Below are positions 1 through 9,463 of a DNA stretch of 64,000 bases, piece after piece (position 1 is the stretch's first letter; every line of letters begins with the position of its first letter). Origin of the DNA: an uncultured Chloroflexia bacterium. Its GTDB lineage: Bacteria; Chloroflexota; Limnocylindria; Limnocylindrales; CSP1-4. Below the pieces are notes generated by a model. The model was not told the origin of the DNA and searched no databases. It was given only the letters and a program-made list of their open reading frames with translations. Both the position numbers and the translations under genes were made by a program. The stretch spans positions 35,193 to 99,192 of the forward strand of contig CAWGQH010000005.1 of the NCBI GenBank assembly GCA_963824735.1, written 5' to 3'.

Positions 1-158
1 CATACCTGCGGACCGTCGTGCTCGGCAGCCACCTGGCGCGGCTCCCCCAATCCGAGCACGACACGTTCGTCCGCGCCGTCGCGGACGGTCTGCGCGAGCC
101 CGTGATCGACTACGTCCGCCTCAACATCGTTGCCCGTCGGTCAGCCCGGCAGACATGA
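1..158 (+). CDS. 3' end of an unidentified CDS entering from upstream of the window (partial)
   Basis: Frame is open from the window edge to TGA at 156-158 (…VRAVADGLREPVIDYVRLNIVARRSARQT*). No motif recognised. Confidence 0.25.
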   Translation, partial: YLRTVVLGSHLARLPQSEHDTFVRAVADGLREPVIDYVRLNIVARRSARQT

Positions 159-835
159 CGAGGCCGGGCGGTGAGCTCCGCCCGGCCCGTGTGATGACGT
201 GAGGGCGTCCCTAGGTCGTGTCGCCGCTCGAGCTGCTCGAGGTCGGCGGAGGCTCCGAGGGCGGGGTTTCGGTGGAAGCGGCCGGTGGCCTGGGCGCGGC
301 TCTCGGTGGAAGCGGCCGGTGGCCTGGGCGGGGCTTCCGCAGGCGCAGCCGGCGCGGCCGACGCGGGCGGCGGAGCTGCGGCGGGCGGCGGACCTGCTGC
401 GGGCGGAGCCGATGAGGTCGAGCTGGCCGACATGTTCGGCAACGCCGGTTTCTCCACCTGGTACTCCTGCCATGCGCCCCACACCATCAGCAGCGCGCCG
501 ATGACGTAGAGGGCGAGCGCAAGCAACCCGCTGATGCCGAGGATGCCGAGGTAGGCGAACCAGTCGAGCAGATTCAGCACGGCGCCGAGCGCCACGATCG
601 CGGCAACGGCGAGGACGATGAGCGAGACAGCGATCGGCCACTTGATGTCCGGGTTCGCGTACTTGAGATAGAGGACGACGAGCACCGCGACGGCGCCGAG
701 AAGACCGAGCGAGCCGATGCCCAATCCACGGGCGGTGAGCCCAACGATCCAACCCAAGATGATGAGGAGGGCGCCGATCCCGGTCAGCCGCTCGCGTGGG
801 TTGAGCTTGTTCCAGATCTCCTGGACCTGTGCCAT
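110..835 (-). CDS. Integral membrane protein (about 4 TM helices) with Pro/Ala-rich tail. C-terminal frame disturbed by a 34-bp tandem duplication.
   Basis: ATG at 833-835. Hydrophobic helices (GIGALLIILGWIVGL…, LGAVAVLVVLYL…, IAVSLIVLAVAAIVALGAV…, LGILGISGLLALALYVIGALLMV). Low-complexity PAAGPPPAAAPPP region. Confidence 0.5.
   Translation of the reverse strand: MAQVQEIWNKLNPRERLTGIGALLIILGWIVGLTARGLGIGSLGLLGAVAVLVVLYLKYANPDIKWPIAVSLIVLAVAAIVALGAVLNLLDWFAYLGILGISGLLALALYVIGALLMVWGAWQEYQVEKPALPNMSASSTSSAPPAAGPPPAAAPPPASAAPAAPAEAPPRPPAASTESRAQATGRFHRNPALGASADLEQLERRHDLGTPSRHHTGRAELTARPRHVCRADRRATMLRRT
269..336. repeat. Imperfect 34-bp tandem duplication (copies 269-302 and 303-336)
   Basis: tcggtggaagcggccggtggcctgggcg occurs twice head-to-tail. 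The 34-bp period is not a multiple of 3, so it shifts the frame of the overlapping membrane-protein gene. Confidence 0.7.
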
Positions 836-949
836 CGAACCCCTTCCTTCCTCGGCCCGCCGTTACCGACGGGCGCATCCCGTGGCGTAGGGTACTCACC
901 TGCGCAACCGGTGACTAGGGTTCGCGGGCGGTTCGGTTCAGGTTCGGGT

Positions 950-1498
950 TCAGGTTCGAACGCGAAATGGCGCACCGTGGCCGGGGACGATCACGTCGGC
1001 TGCCTCGATCAGCCGCTGCCGGCTGCCCGTGAGCACGGCCTGATCCCGACAGAACGGATCGATCGCCGGCGTCCGGTCGCCGTGCCACCAGCAATGCGTC
1101 ATCGCGTAGACGCCGTCGTCGGCCTCGACGATGAGCGACGCGTCCTGCTCCGTATGGCCGGGTGTCAACCAGAGCTGTGCGTGCGGCGACAGTCGATGCC
1201 CATCACCGTCGTGGTCGAGCCAGAGGTCGCCGATGTAGCGCGCCCAGAAGTCGACCACTTCGGCGTTTGGGAACAGCGCCACGTTCATCGTGTGGTCCGG
1301 GTGATGGTGGCTCAGGAAGACGTGGGTCACTGCTTCCGGCGCGACCCCGAGCCCGGCCAGCGGATCAAGGATCAGCGAGCGTGCGGCGACCATCCCCGGA
1401 TCGACCACGATCGTCGCGTCCGCGTCCCGCACGAGGACGACCGTGCTGCCGACACGCTCGCCGGTGTAGCCGTTGTGGAGGACGTTGACGGTTGCCAT
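950..1498 (-). CDS. MBL-fold metallo-hydrolase
   Basis: HHHPDHT and VIVPGHG motifs typical of metallo-beta-lactamase fold. Real start taken as ATG at 1496-1498 (MATVNVLHNGY…); the longer upstream ORF extension is Arg/Pro-rich junk. Confidence 0.75.
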   Translation of the reverse strand: MATVNVLHNGYTGERVGSTVVLVRDADATIVVDPGMVAARSLILDPLAGLGVAPEAVTHVFLSHHHPDHTMNVALFPNAEVVDFWARYIGDLWLDHDGDGHRLSPHAQLWLTPGHTEQDASLIVEADDGVYAMTHCWWHGDRTPAIDPFCRDQAVLTGSRQRLIEAADVIVPGHGAPFRVRT

Positions 1499-1592
1499 CG
1501 CGGCGATGGTAGCGGCGCGGCGAAACCGCGGAGCCGCGTCGCGCGGGACGGGATCGGGAGCGCCGCACGGCGCCGTCTGGCAGACTGCCGCG

Positions 1593-3244
1593 ATGCCTGA
1601 CGATCCCACCACTCCTGCCGATCTCGTCCTGCTCGGGGGCGCGCTGCGCACGATGGTTCCGGCGAGCCCCCGCGCCGAAGCGCTCGCGGTTCGCGACGGA
1701 CGGATCGTCGCCGTCGGGGGCGACGAGGGCATCCGCGACCACATCGGACCGCGGACGCGCGTGGTGGAACTTGGCGGGCGGACCGTCACACCCGGGTTCC
1801 AGGACGCCCACGTCCACCCGATCGGCGCAGGGCTCGACGCGATCCGCTGCAACCTGCACGGCCTACCGGGCCGCGACGCGTACCTCGCCGCAATCGCCGA
1901 CTACGCCGCGAGCCACCCCGACGTCCCGTGGATCACAGGGGGCGGCTGGGCGATGCCCGACTTCCCGGGAGGCACGCCGCGCGCCGAGGACCTCGATCGT
2001 GTCGTCCCGGATCGGCCGGTCTTCCTGCCGAACAAGGATGGCCACGGCGCCTGGGTGAACACGCGCGCCCTCGAGCTCGCCGGCATCACCTCGGCAACCC
2101 CCGACCCGGCCGACGGCCGGATCGAGCGCGACCCGGACGGCTCGCCCACGGGCACCCTCCACGAGGGCGCCGCGGAGCTGGTCGAACGCCTCATTCCTTC
2201 AGACACCGCCGAGGACATGCTCGAGGCACTTGATTTCGCCCAGGGCGAGCTCCACCGGCTCGGGATCACGGCCTGGCAGGACGCCTGGGTATTGCCCGAC
2301 ATGATCGACGCCTACCGCCGGTTCGCGGAGCAGGGTGGGCTGACCGCGCGGGTGGTCGGCGCGCACTGGTGGGATCGCGGACGCGGGCTGGAACAGATCG
2401 ACGGCCTGGCTGGACCTCCGGGAGCGCGCGTCCTTCGGCCGGTTCCGGGCAACGAGCGTCAAGCTCATCCTCGACGGCGTTGCCGAGAACTTCACCGCCG
2501 CCTTGCTCGGTCCGTACCTCGACGGGGCGGGCGCGCCCACCGCCAACAGCGGCATCGACTTCATCGACCCCAAGGTCCTGGCCGATGCCGTGACCCGCAT
2601 CGATGCCCTCGGCTTTCAGCCGCACTTCCACGCGATCGGCGACCGGGCGGTGCGCAACGCGCTCGATGCGGTCGCGGCGGCGCGTGCAGCCAACGGCCCC
2701 TCGGACACGCGACCCGCACGTCGCCCACATCCAGGTCATCCACCCCGACGACATCCCGCGCTTCGCGCCGCTCGGCGTGGTGGCCAACGCGCAGCCCTAC
2801 TGGGCGATGCGCGAAGACCAGATGGAGCGTCTCACCATCCCGTTCCTTGGACCCGAGCGCTCGTCCTGGCAGTACCCGTTCGGATCCCTGCTGCGCGCCG
2901 GCGCGCGGCTGGCGATGGGCTCCGACTGGAGCGTTTCGACCGCGAACCCGTTGCTCCAGATCGAAGTCGCGGTCAACCGGGTCGCCGATTACGACCGGGA
3001 GGATCCGCCGTTCCTGCCCGAAGAGCGCATCACGCTCGACGAGGCGCTGGCAGCCTTCACGATCGGCAGCGCATACGTCAGCCACCTCGACGCGGAGACC
3101 GGAACGCTCGAGCCCGGCAAGCTGGCGGACCTGGCTGTCCTGGACCGTGACGTGTACGACCGTGCCAGCGGGCCGATCGGCGACGCGCGGGTCATCGGCA
3201 CGTTCGTGGAGGGCGTCGCGGTCCACGACGAACTGCCGGGCTAG
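1593..3244 (+). CDS. Amidohydrolase-3 family metal-dependent hydrolase (two apparent frameshifts)
   Basis: ATG at 1593 (MPDDPTT…). N-terminal …TPGFQDAHVHPIGAG… and central HFHAIGDRAV… motifs. C-terminal GSDWSVSTANPL…HDELPG. The reading frame moves 0->1 near 2405-2420 and 1->2 near 2705-2715, yet all three segments align to one amidohydrolase. Confidence 0.7.
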
Positions 3245-3386
3245 CGGGCATAGCCGAAGCGGAAACGGCACATGGACGGTCGTCCATACGGATTCGGCGT
3301 CGCATGTCGGTATGGCGTGAACGTGCGCCGCGCGATGCTCCTGGTGCGCCACACGAAAAGAGGCGGCGCGGAAAGGAGAACCGACG

Positions 3387-3589
3387 TGAGCCACTTCGCA
3401 CACTTCCTCATGGCCCAGGAGCTTCTCGAGCTCAGCGCCCGGCAAGCCCGCTCCGAGGCCGTCTCCTCGAAGCCGGGTATCGGCGAGAAGGTGACCGCGG
3501 CTCTCCGCGGCCTCCGCTTCCGAGCCACGCTCGGCGCCGCCGAGCCGCCCGCTCTGCCCGCCCTCCTCGACTATCCAAGCCGGAGCTGA
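3387..3589 (+). CDS. Small hypothetical protein (67 aa)
   Basis: GTG at 3387 preceded by SD-like AAAGGAGAA. Non-biased composition. Followed by a strong hairpin terminator. Confidence 0.3.
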
Positions 3590-3624
3590 TCCCTTCCAGC
3601 TCCGCTCCTCGATCCCATACACGC

Positions 3625-3662
3625 AGACCTCCGCTCCTCCTCCAGCGGAGGTCTTCGTGTGT
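3625..3662. terminator. Bidirectional rho-independent-type hairpin between convergent genes
   Basis: Perfect 11-bp inverted repeat agacctccgct / agcggaggtct (3625-3635, 3644-3654) with 8-nt loop, followed by TCGTGTGT. Confidence 0.45.
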
Positions 3663-3676
3663 CCGGAGCAATTTCG

Positions 3677-4276
3677 CTAGGCGCCCGGCAGGTCCGCCGG
3701 CTCGTCGACGTCGCGCAGCGTGCGCGCATCGGGGTCGAGCGGGCGCCACTCCTCCTCCGCAAGCACGCGCACGGGCAGTCGGTTGGTGAGTGCCCCGAGC
3801 CGTCGTTCCCCTTGCGCGAGCAGGCGCCGCGCGGCATCGGTCCCGGCACCGGTGCGCACCGCGAACGGCAGCTGTTGCCGGCGCCCGCGATGCTCGAGGA
3901 GCGCCGCGTCGGCCGACGACGCGACGAGCGCGCGGATGAGCAGCGCCAGGACGGCGCGTTCGAGACTCGGCATGTCGCCGCCGGCGACGACCACGAGGGG
4001 TTCGCGCGCGGCGATGAGGCCGGTCATGCAGCCGGCGAGTGGGCCCTCGAACGGCGCCTCGTCGTGGACGAGTCGAACGCCGTCGGGGACCGCGAGGTCG
4101 ACGTCCGGCGGCGCCACCACGATCACATCGGTTGCGACGGCGGCCACGGCTTCGGTGGCATGGTGGAGCAACGGCCGCCCGTCGACCGGCTCGACCAGCT
4201 TGTCGCGGCCGAAACGCTTCGACCTGCCCCCCGCGAGGACGATCGCGCTGACAGCAGGAAGCGCGGCCGCGGTCAC
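3677..4276 (-). CDS. mobA: Molybdenum cofactor guanylyltransferase MobA
   Basis: LAGGRSKRFGRDKL nucleotide-binding motif. GTG start at 4274-4276 overlaps the selB stop (GTGA), indicating translational coupling. 199 aa. Confidence 0.8.
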   Translation of the reverse strand: MTAAALPAVSAIVLAGGRSKRFGRDKLVEPVDGRPLLHHATEAVAAVATDVIVVAPPDVDLAVPDGVRLVHDEAPFEGPLAGCMTGLIAAREPLVVVAGGDMPSLERAVLALLIRALVASSADAALLEHRGRRQQLPFAVRTGAGTDAARRLLAQGERRLGALTNRLPVRVLAEEEWRPLDPDARTLRDVDEPADLPGA

Positions 4277-6129
4277 GCTCCGCCTCGAACGCCCGCCGGT
4301 GCCCGCGGACCCGGCACGTGGCCGGCAGGCGTGCGCAGGAGGATGCCGCGTCGATCGAGGTCCTCGAGGATCGCGAGCACGTAGCGGCGGCTGGTCCCGG
4401 TCGCGTCGCGGAATGCTGCGGGGGTGAGGGGCTCGCGGCCCGCCAGCGCGAGCGCCTTCGCCGCCAGGTCGCGGTACGTCGGCATGGCGTAGGCCAGGTC
4501 CTCGTCGAGGACGACGATCCGACCGCCACGCTCGAGCTCGCGGATCGCCGCGGGCGGGCAACCGGCGGCGGCGGCGGCTTCACGCAGCGAGGGCGGCGCG
4601 AGGACCGCGAGGCCCTCCACGAGGCGGTCCATCGCCGCGGCGACCTCTGGTTCGGCGGCGGCCGGCTGGTGGTCGGGCGCGCGGACCCGGTCGCCATCCC
4701 GCACCAGGCGTCCTTCCGACGCCAGGTGGTCCACGAGGACGGCTGCACGCGCCGCAGCATCAGCCGCATTCACCGTCGCCTGGCGTCGGAGCGCCCGGGC
4801 TGCTGCTGACCGGACGGCCGCCAGGGTCGGGCCGGCGTCCCCCGGCTGCGCGGCGTGGTGCGCTCGTACGGCGTCGAGGGCAGCGGCGGACGCCGCGTCG
4901 CGGACGTCGGGCGCCACGTCCCGCTCGCTCGCGATGATTCCATGGAGCTCGACACGTGCGGCCTGGACGGCCGCGCGATCGCCGGCCTGCACGGCCGCGG
5001 CCAGGGCCGCCACTCGTTCGGGGGTCTGCCGCCGCCGGGAGACGCCCCGAGCGGGCAGCGGATCGAGGATGACGCCGCCAACCACCGCAGGTCCGGACGT
5101 TGCCGCCCGCCGAAGCACGAACCGGTCACCCGTCGCCGCAGCCAGCGTAGGCATCGAGCCGCAGCACGGCGGCAACGGCACCCCCCGGGAGGTCGAGGGC
5201 GTCACGGCCGCTTCGACCAACGGCCGCCTCCGCCGCGGCCGTTCCGAGGTGGACCCGGAAGCGTGCCCGATCCGGGACCGGGGCGGCGAGCATGACGAGC
5301 CACCGGTCCGAGGGGTGCACGTCCGGGTCGCTCGTGAGGACGACGCCACGGTGCAGGCCGGCTGCGGCTTCACCCGCGAGGTTGAGCGCGGTGCGGCCGC
5401 CGCCGGCGACCTCCTCCACCGGCGCGCCGTGGACCTGGACCTCGCGAACGCGCACGTCGGCGTCGCCCGGCACGACCCGCAGGTTCGCCCCACGCGGCAG
5501 CGGCCCGCCGCGGAGCGTGCCCGTGACGACCGTTCCCCGGCCCTTGATCCGGAACGCGCGGTCGACGGCGAGGCGCACCGGCCGAGCGGATTGCGCCACC
5601 CAGGCTGGATCGGCCAGCACGCGGTCGCGGAGTTCCACGAGCCCGGCCCGCAGCCTCTTCGATCCCGTCCCCTGTGCTCCCCGACACGACCACGATCGGC
5701 GCCCCAGCCAATGCCGTGGAGGCGAGTCGTGCGACCGACCGCCTCGCACACCTCGCCCGTCCGCTCCCCGGGCACGAGATCTGCCTTGGTGATGGCCACG
5801 AGCGCGTGCCTGACGGCCAGTGCGTCGAGCAGGTCGATGTGCTCGTGGGTCTGGGCGCGGAGACCGTCATCGGCGGCCACCACGAGCAACGCTGCATCGA
5901 TCTCGCCGGCACCAACGAGCATGTTGCCGACGAGCCGGTCGTGGCCGGGGACGTCGACGAAGTCGAGCTCGGTCCCGTCGGGCAACACGAGGTGCGCATA
6001 CCCGACGTCGATCGTCATCCCGCGGCGGCGCTCCTCCGGAAGGCGGTCTGCGTCGATGCCCGTGAGCGCGCGGAGAAGCGTCGTCTTGCCGTGGTCGATG
6101 TGGCCGGCCGTGCCGACGACCACGGTCAC
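4273..6129 (-). CDS. selB: Selenocysteine-specific elongation factor SelB (about three apparent frameshifts)
   Basis: G domain GTAGHIDHGKTTLL…DVPGH…ITKADL. LAGAPIVVVSGSTGDGIEE in a second frame. Domain II/III (RLAVDRAFRIKGRGTVVTGT…) in a third frame. C-terminal GDRFVLRR…VVGGVILDP and winged-helix tail back in the first frame. Shifts near 5750-5770, 5650-5660 and 5150-5180. ATGA overlap with selA. Confidence 0.8.
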   Translation of the reverse strand: MTVVVGTAGHIDHGKTTLLRALTGIDADRLPEERRRGMTIDVGYAHLVLPDGTELDFVDVPGHDRLVGNMLVGAGEIDAALLVVAADDGLRAQTHEHIDLLDALAVRHALVAITKADLVPGERTGEVCEAVGRTTRLHGIGWGADRGRVGEHRGRDRRGCGPGSWNSATACWPIQPGWRNPLGRCASPSTARSGSRAGERSSRARSAAGRCRVGRTCGSCRATPTCAFARSRSTARRWRRSPAAAAPRSTSRVKPQPACTVASSSRATRTCTPRTGGSSCSPPRSRIGHASGSTSERPRRRRPLVEAAVTPSTSRGVPLPPCCGSMPTLAAATGDRFVLRRAATSGPAVVGGVILDPLPARGVSRRRQTPERVAALAAAVQAGDRAAVQAARVELHGIIASERDVAPDVRDAASAAALDAVRAHHAAQPGDAGPTLAAVRSAAARALRRQATVNAADAAARAAVLVDHLASEGRLVRDGDRVRAPDHQPAAAEPEVAAAMDRLVEGLAVLAPPSLREAAAAAGCPPAAIRELERGGRIVVLDEDLAYAMPTYRDLAAKALALAGREPLTPAAFRDATGTSRRYVLAILEDLDRRGILLRTPAGHVPGPRAPAGVRGGA

Positions 6130-7537
6130 CGGGCGCGAGCTGCTTCGATGGCCGCGGCGATTGCGCCGGCGAGAAGATCCGGCGGATGCAGCGGATCGTC
6201 GAGGACCGTGCGCAGATCGAGCACGACCCGGCGGTCCTCAACTCGCGCGATCACACAGGGCGAGCCATGTCGCAGCGCTGCGACGACGCGGTCCGCTGAA
6301 CGAACCGCGAGCGCGACACCCCACGAAGGCAGCGTTTCGCCCGGCAGCGACCCGCCGCCGACGGTGGCGCGCAATTCGACGACCGAGGCAGCGGCAGCGT
6401 CTGGCAATGCGGCGGCGAGCGCCGTGGCTCGCTCACGCAGGGTGCCCGGCGCCACGGCGATCATCCGCCAGACCGGGATCGCGGTTTCCGCGCGGCCTGC
6501 CGAATACAGCGCGAGCGTCGCGGCAACCCCAGCCAGGGTGGCCTTGTCGGGCCGCATCGCCCGCGCGAGGGGGTCCTTGCGCATCTTCGCAACGAGGTTC
6601 GCGCGACCGACGACCAGCCCGGCCTGCGGGCCGCCGACCAGCTTGTCGCCGCTGAACGTGACGACGTCCGAACCGGCGGCAAGTCGCTCGGTCGGCATCG
6701 GCTCATGTGCAAGTCCGAAGCGGGCGGTGTCGAGCAGCGCGCCGCTCCCGAGGTCGTCGACCACGACCGCTCCGTGGCGGTGCGCCAGCTCCGCCACCTC
6801 CCGCGCATCGGGCGCCTCGACGAAACCCGCTCTGCGCGAAGTTCGACGGATGAACGCGCAGCACCATCCGGGCGCGACCCTCGGCCAGCGGCGCCTCGAA
6901 GTCCGCCGCGCGGGTCCGGTTCGTCGTGCCCACCTCGATCAGCCGCGCGCCGGCCCGCCGGACGATCTCCGGGATGCGCACGCCACCGCCGATCTCGACC
7001 AGCTCGCCCCGGCTGACCGCCACCCCGCCGCGGCCCGCAAGGCCGACGGCGAGCGCCACGGCCGCCGCGTTGTTGTTCGTGACGAGGGCGTCCTCGGCAC
7101 CGGTCAGCTCCACCAGCAGGTCCTCGGCGGCGCGGAAGCGGTGGCCCCGACGGCCCGTCTCACGGTCGAGCTCGAGCAGCAGGTAGTTGCTCGCCGCATC
7201 CACGGCGATCGCCGCGGCGTCCAGGGGCCACGGTGCCCGCCCGAGGTTGGTGTGGACGATCACTCCGGTCGCGTTGATCACCGGCACGAGCGCCTCGACC
7301 AGGGATCGCTCGCGAGCGATCAGGACGTTCTCGACCTCGTCGCCGAGCGCTTCCACATCCCGTGGCCAATTGACCCTCGCGCAATCGCATGCGCTCGTCG
7401 TCGACGACCTCCCGGGCGACGTCGCGCAGCACGACCGGGTCGACCACGGCCCCGTCAAGCTGCGCGCGCACGGCCGCCAGCACCCGTTCGACGCTCGGTG
7501 GCCGGGGACTGCCCGATTTGGCCGCGTGCTTGGCCAT
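6126..7537 (-). CDS. selA: L-seryl-tRNA(Sec) selenium transferase SelA (two apparent frameshifts)
   Basis: N-terminal MAKHAAKSGSPRPPSVERVLAAVRAQL, central …VINATGVIVHTNLGRAPW…VSRGELVEIGGGVRIPE…VGTTNRT…VHPSNFAQSGF, and C-terminal …TFSGDKLVGGPQAGLVVGR… lie in three different frames. Shifts near 7385 and 6830. ATG at 7535-7537 with GGAGGA SD. Confidence 0.8.
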
Positions 7538-7546
7538 CGATCCTCC

Positions 7547-7643
7547 TGGCGGGAGCGCATGGGAGTCGAACCCACCGCGCGACGCCGAGCGCCGCGCCAC
7601 TGGTTTTGAAGACCAGGGGAGCCACCGGGCCCCAACCGCCCCC
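7547..7643 (-). tRNA. selC: tRNA-Sec (selenocysteine tRNA), anticodon UCA
   Basis: Minus-strand sequence GGGGGCGG TT GGGGCC CGGT GGCTCC C CTGGT CTTCAAA ACCAG [long variable arm] GTGGG TTCGACT CCCAT GCGCTCCC G CCA. Sec-type features: 6-bp D stem with 4-nt D loop, UCA anticodon in a CUUCAAA loop, about 23-nt variable arm, TTCGACT T-loop, encoded CCA. Lies immediately upstream of selA. Confidence 0.85.
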
Positions 7644-7665
7644 TCGTCGATGGTAGCGGTTCAGC

Positions 7666-7956
7666 TCAGCGAGCCGACCGGGACGACTTACCCGATCGGG
7701 CGTCCTGGATCGTGACAACGATCACAAGGTCATCGGACTCGTCGTAGTGGTAGACGATCAGCATCCAGGGCCACGGCCCAAGGATCGACCGAAACCCCTG
7801 CCAGCGGCCCGGGAGCGCAGGACCGAGGAGCGGGAACGTCGCCAAGGGTTGGATCGACCGTCGAACCCGGTCGCGGGTCGACGCGGGGAGGCCGTGCGAC
7901 GCGATCAGCCGGTCGAGATCCTATTTCGCAGGTTCCGCGACGACGACGGTCGCCAC
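7666..7956 (-). pseudogene. ParE/RelE-family toxin, disrupted by in-frame amber codon
   Basis: GTG 6 nt after the antitoxin stop. Frame reads VATVVVAEPAK-TAG(7921-7923)-DLDRLIASHGLPASTRDRVRRSIQPLATFPLLGPALPGRWQGFRSILGPWPWMLIVYHYDESDDLVIVVTIQDARS…, a ParE-like fold (…FPLLG…R…IVY…V…I…I…). A single amber interrupts it. Confidence 0.45.
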
Positions 7957-7962
7957 GGCCGA

Positions 7963-8232
7963 TCAGAGCTCGTCGAGCGGCAGGAACCGACCGGCGCGCG
8001 CAGCGGCAAGTCCCTCCTGGGCTCGTTCCAATGCGCCCGGAATGGAGTCGAGGATCTCGGTGATCGTGCTCGCGTCCGGGTCCGCCTGATCCAGCGCGGA
8101 CGACAGCAGAGATCGCGCGATCGTCCCGGGCTGAACGTAGACACGCTCGGCGACCGCGTGAAGCTTTGCCGCGTGTTCGTCATCGAGCTGGACGTTGAAG
8201 CGATTCGATCGCTCTTCGGACACCGTCGTCAC
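7963..8232 (-). CDS. Ribbon-helix-helix (ParD/CopG-like) antitoxin
   Basis: 89 aa with GTG start. …NRFNVQLDDEHAAKLHAVAER… RHH signature. Directly upstream of the ParE-like frame. Confidence 0.5.
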   Translation of the reverse strand: MTTVSEERSNRFNVQLDDEHAAKLHAVAERVYVQPGTIARSLLSSALDQADPDASTITEILDSIPGALERAQEGLAAARAGRFLPLDEL

Positions 8233-8343
8233 CTGGGTACACTGATCTGCACGAAAAGTGTATCGAAGACGCTAGCGGCAATGGTCCGACCGGGTCAAGC
8301 CTCAGCCGCCTTTCGTCCTCGTAGCGGCATATCATCCAACCGC

Positions 8344-9407
8344 ATGACCACGCTCGAAACGCTGCCACCGATCCGCCTGACCGAGCTGACCGACTGCGGT
8401 GGCTGCGCCGCCAAGCTCGGGGCCGACCTGTTGAGCGACGCGCTCAGCGGGCTGGGAGCGGAAGGGGCGCCCGACGGAGCTCATCGCCGGCCTGGCACCA
8501 CCCGACGACGCGGCCGCCTATCGAGTCAGCCCGGAGCTCGCCATCATCGGCACGCTCGACTTCTTTCCACCGCTCGTCGACGACGCCCGGACGTACGGCG
8601 AGATCGCCGCGGCCAACGCCCTCTCGGACGTGTTCGCGATGGGCGGCCGGGTGCTCTTCGCGCTGTCGATCGCGGCATTCCCCGAGGACCTGCCGCGGGA
8701 CACCCTGGCCGCGATCTTCGACGGGGCATCGGCGAAGGTGCGCGAAGCGGGCGGCACGCTCGCGGGCGGTCACACGATCCGGGACCCCGAGCCCAAGTAC
8801 GGCCTGGCGGTCATCGGCGCGGCGCACCCCGACCGCCTCTTGCGCAAGGGCGGTGCCCGACCCGGTGACCGGCTGCTGCTGACCAAGCGGCTGGGGACGG
8901 GCGTGCTCGTGTCGGGCTCGCGCCAGGGGCGGACCGCGCCCGAGGACCTCGCCGCGGCGGTCGACCAGATGCGGACGTTGAACCGGGCGGCTTCGGAAGT
9001 GCTCGTCGAAGCGGGCGTCAACGCGGCGACCGACGTGACCGGCTTCGGCCTGCTCGGCCACGGCCTCGAGATGGCCCGCGCGTCCGGCGCCCGGTTCACG
9101 TTCGAGGCCGGCTCCCTGCCGGTCCTCGCCGGCGCGCTCGAGCTGGCGGCCGCCGGCGTCGAGACCGGCGGGGCAGCCCACAACCGGCGCTTCGTCGCCG
9201 ACGCGCTGACCGTCGCGGATGGAGTGGCACCCGAGCTCGTGACGCTCGCCCACGATCCGCAGACCTCCGGCGGGCTGCTGGCGGCCGTACCACCCGACCG
9301 CGTCGACGCGATCGAGGCCGCGCTCGACGAACGCAGGCGTCGAGCACTGGTGGATCGGCTCGGTCGATACGGACTCGACCGCCACAGGGACCGTCGCACT
9401 GACCTAG
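8344..9407 (+). CDS. selD: Selenide, water dikinase SelD (Cys-type; two apparent frameshifts)
   Basis: ATG at 8344 (MTTLETLPPIRLTELTDCGGCAAKLG…). …DDAAAYRV…LDFFPPLVDDARTYGEIAAANALSDVFAMGG…AGGHTIRDPEPKYGLAVIG…VTGFGLLGH…DPQTSGGLL. Frame shifts near 8460 (extra G in a GGGG run) and near 9335. Third frame ends …GVEHWWIGSVDTDSTATGTVALT* at TAG 9405-9407. Active site has Cys (CGGC), not Sec. Confidence 0.8.
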
Positions 9408-9463
9408 CGATTTCGGCCCGAACGGCCCATCCCGTCGGCGCCGGCGCCCGCCACGCTCGCGCC

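Noticed and set aside
7547-7643. Alternative reading of the tRNA on the plus strand
   Set aside because: The TTCGA T-loop, the UCA anticodon loop (CTTCAAA) and a genomically encoded CCA only fit the minus strand.
3432-7656. Several long ORFs (3432-4769 minus, 4934-6655 plus, 5674-7656 plus, 3720-4427 plus)
   Set aside because: Arg/Pro/Ser-biased low-complexity translations antisense or out of frame to selA, selB and mobA. No motifs.
8344-8420. Possible Sec codon in selD
   Set aside because: The conserved position is encoded by TGC (Cys). There is no in-frame TGA.
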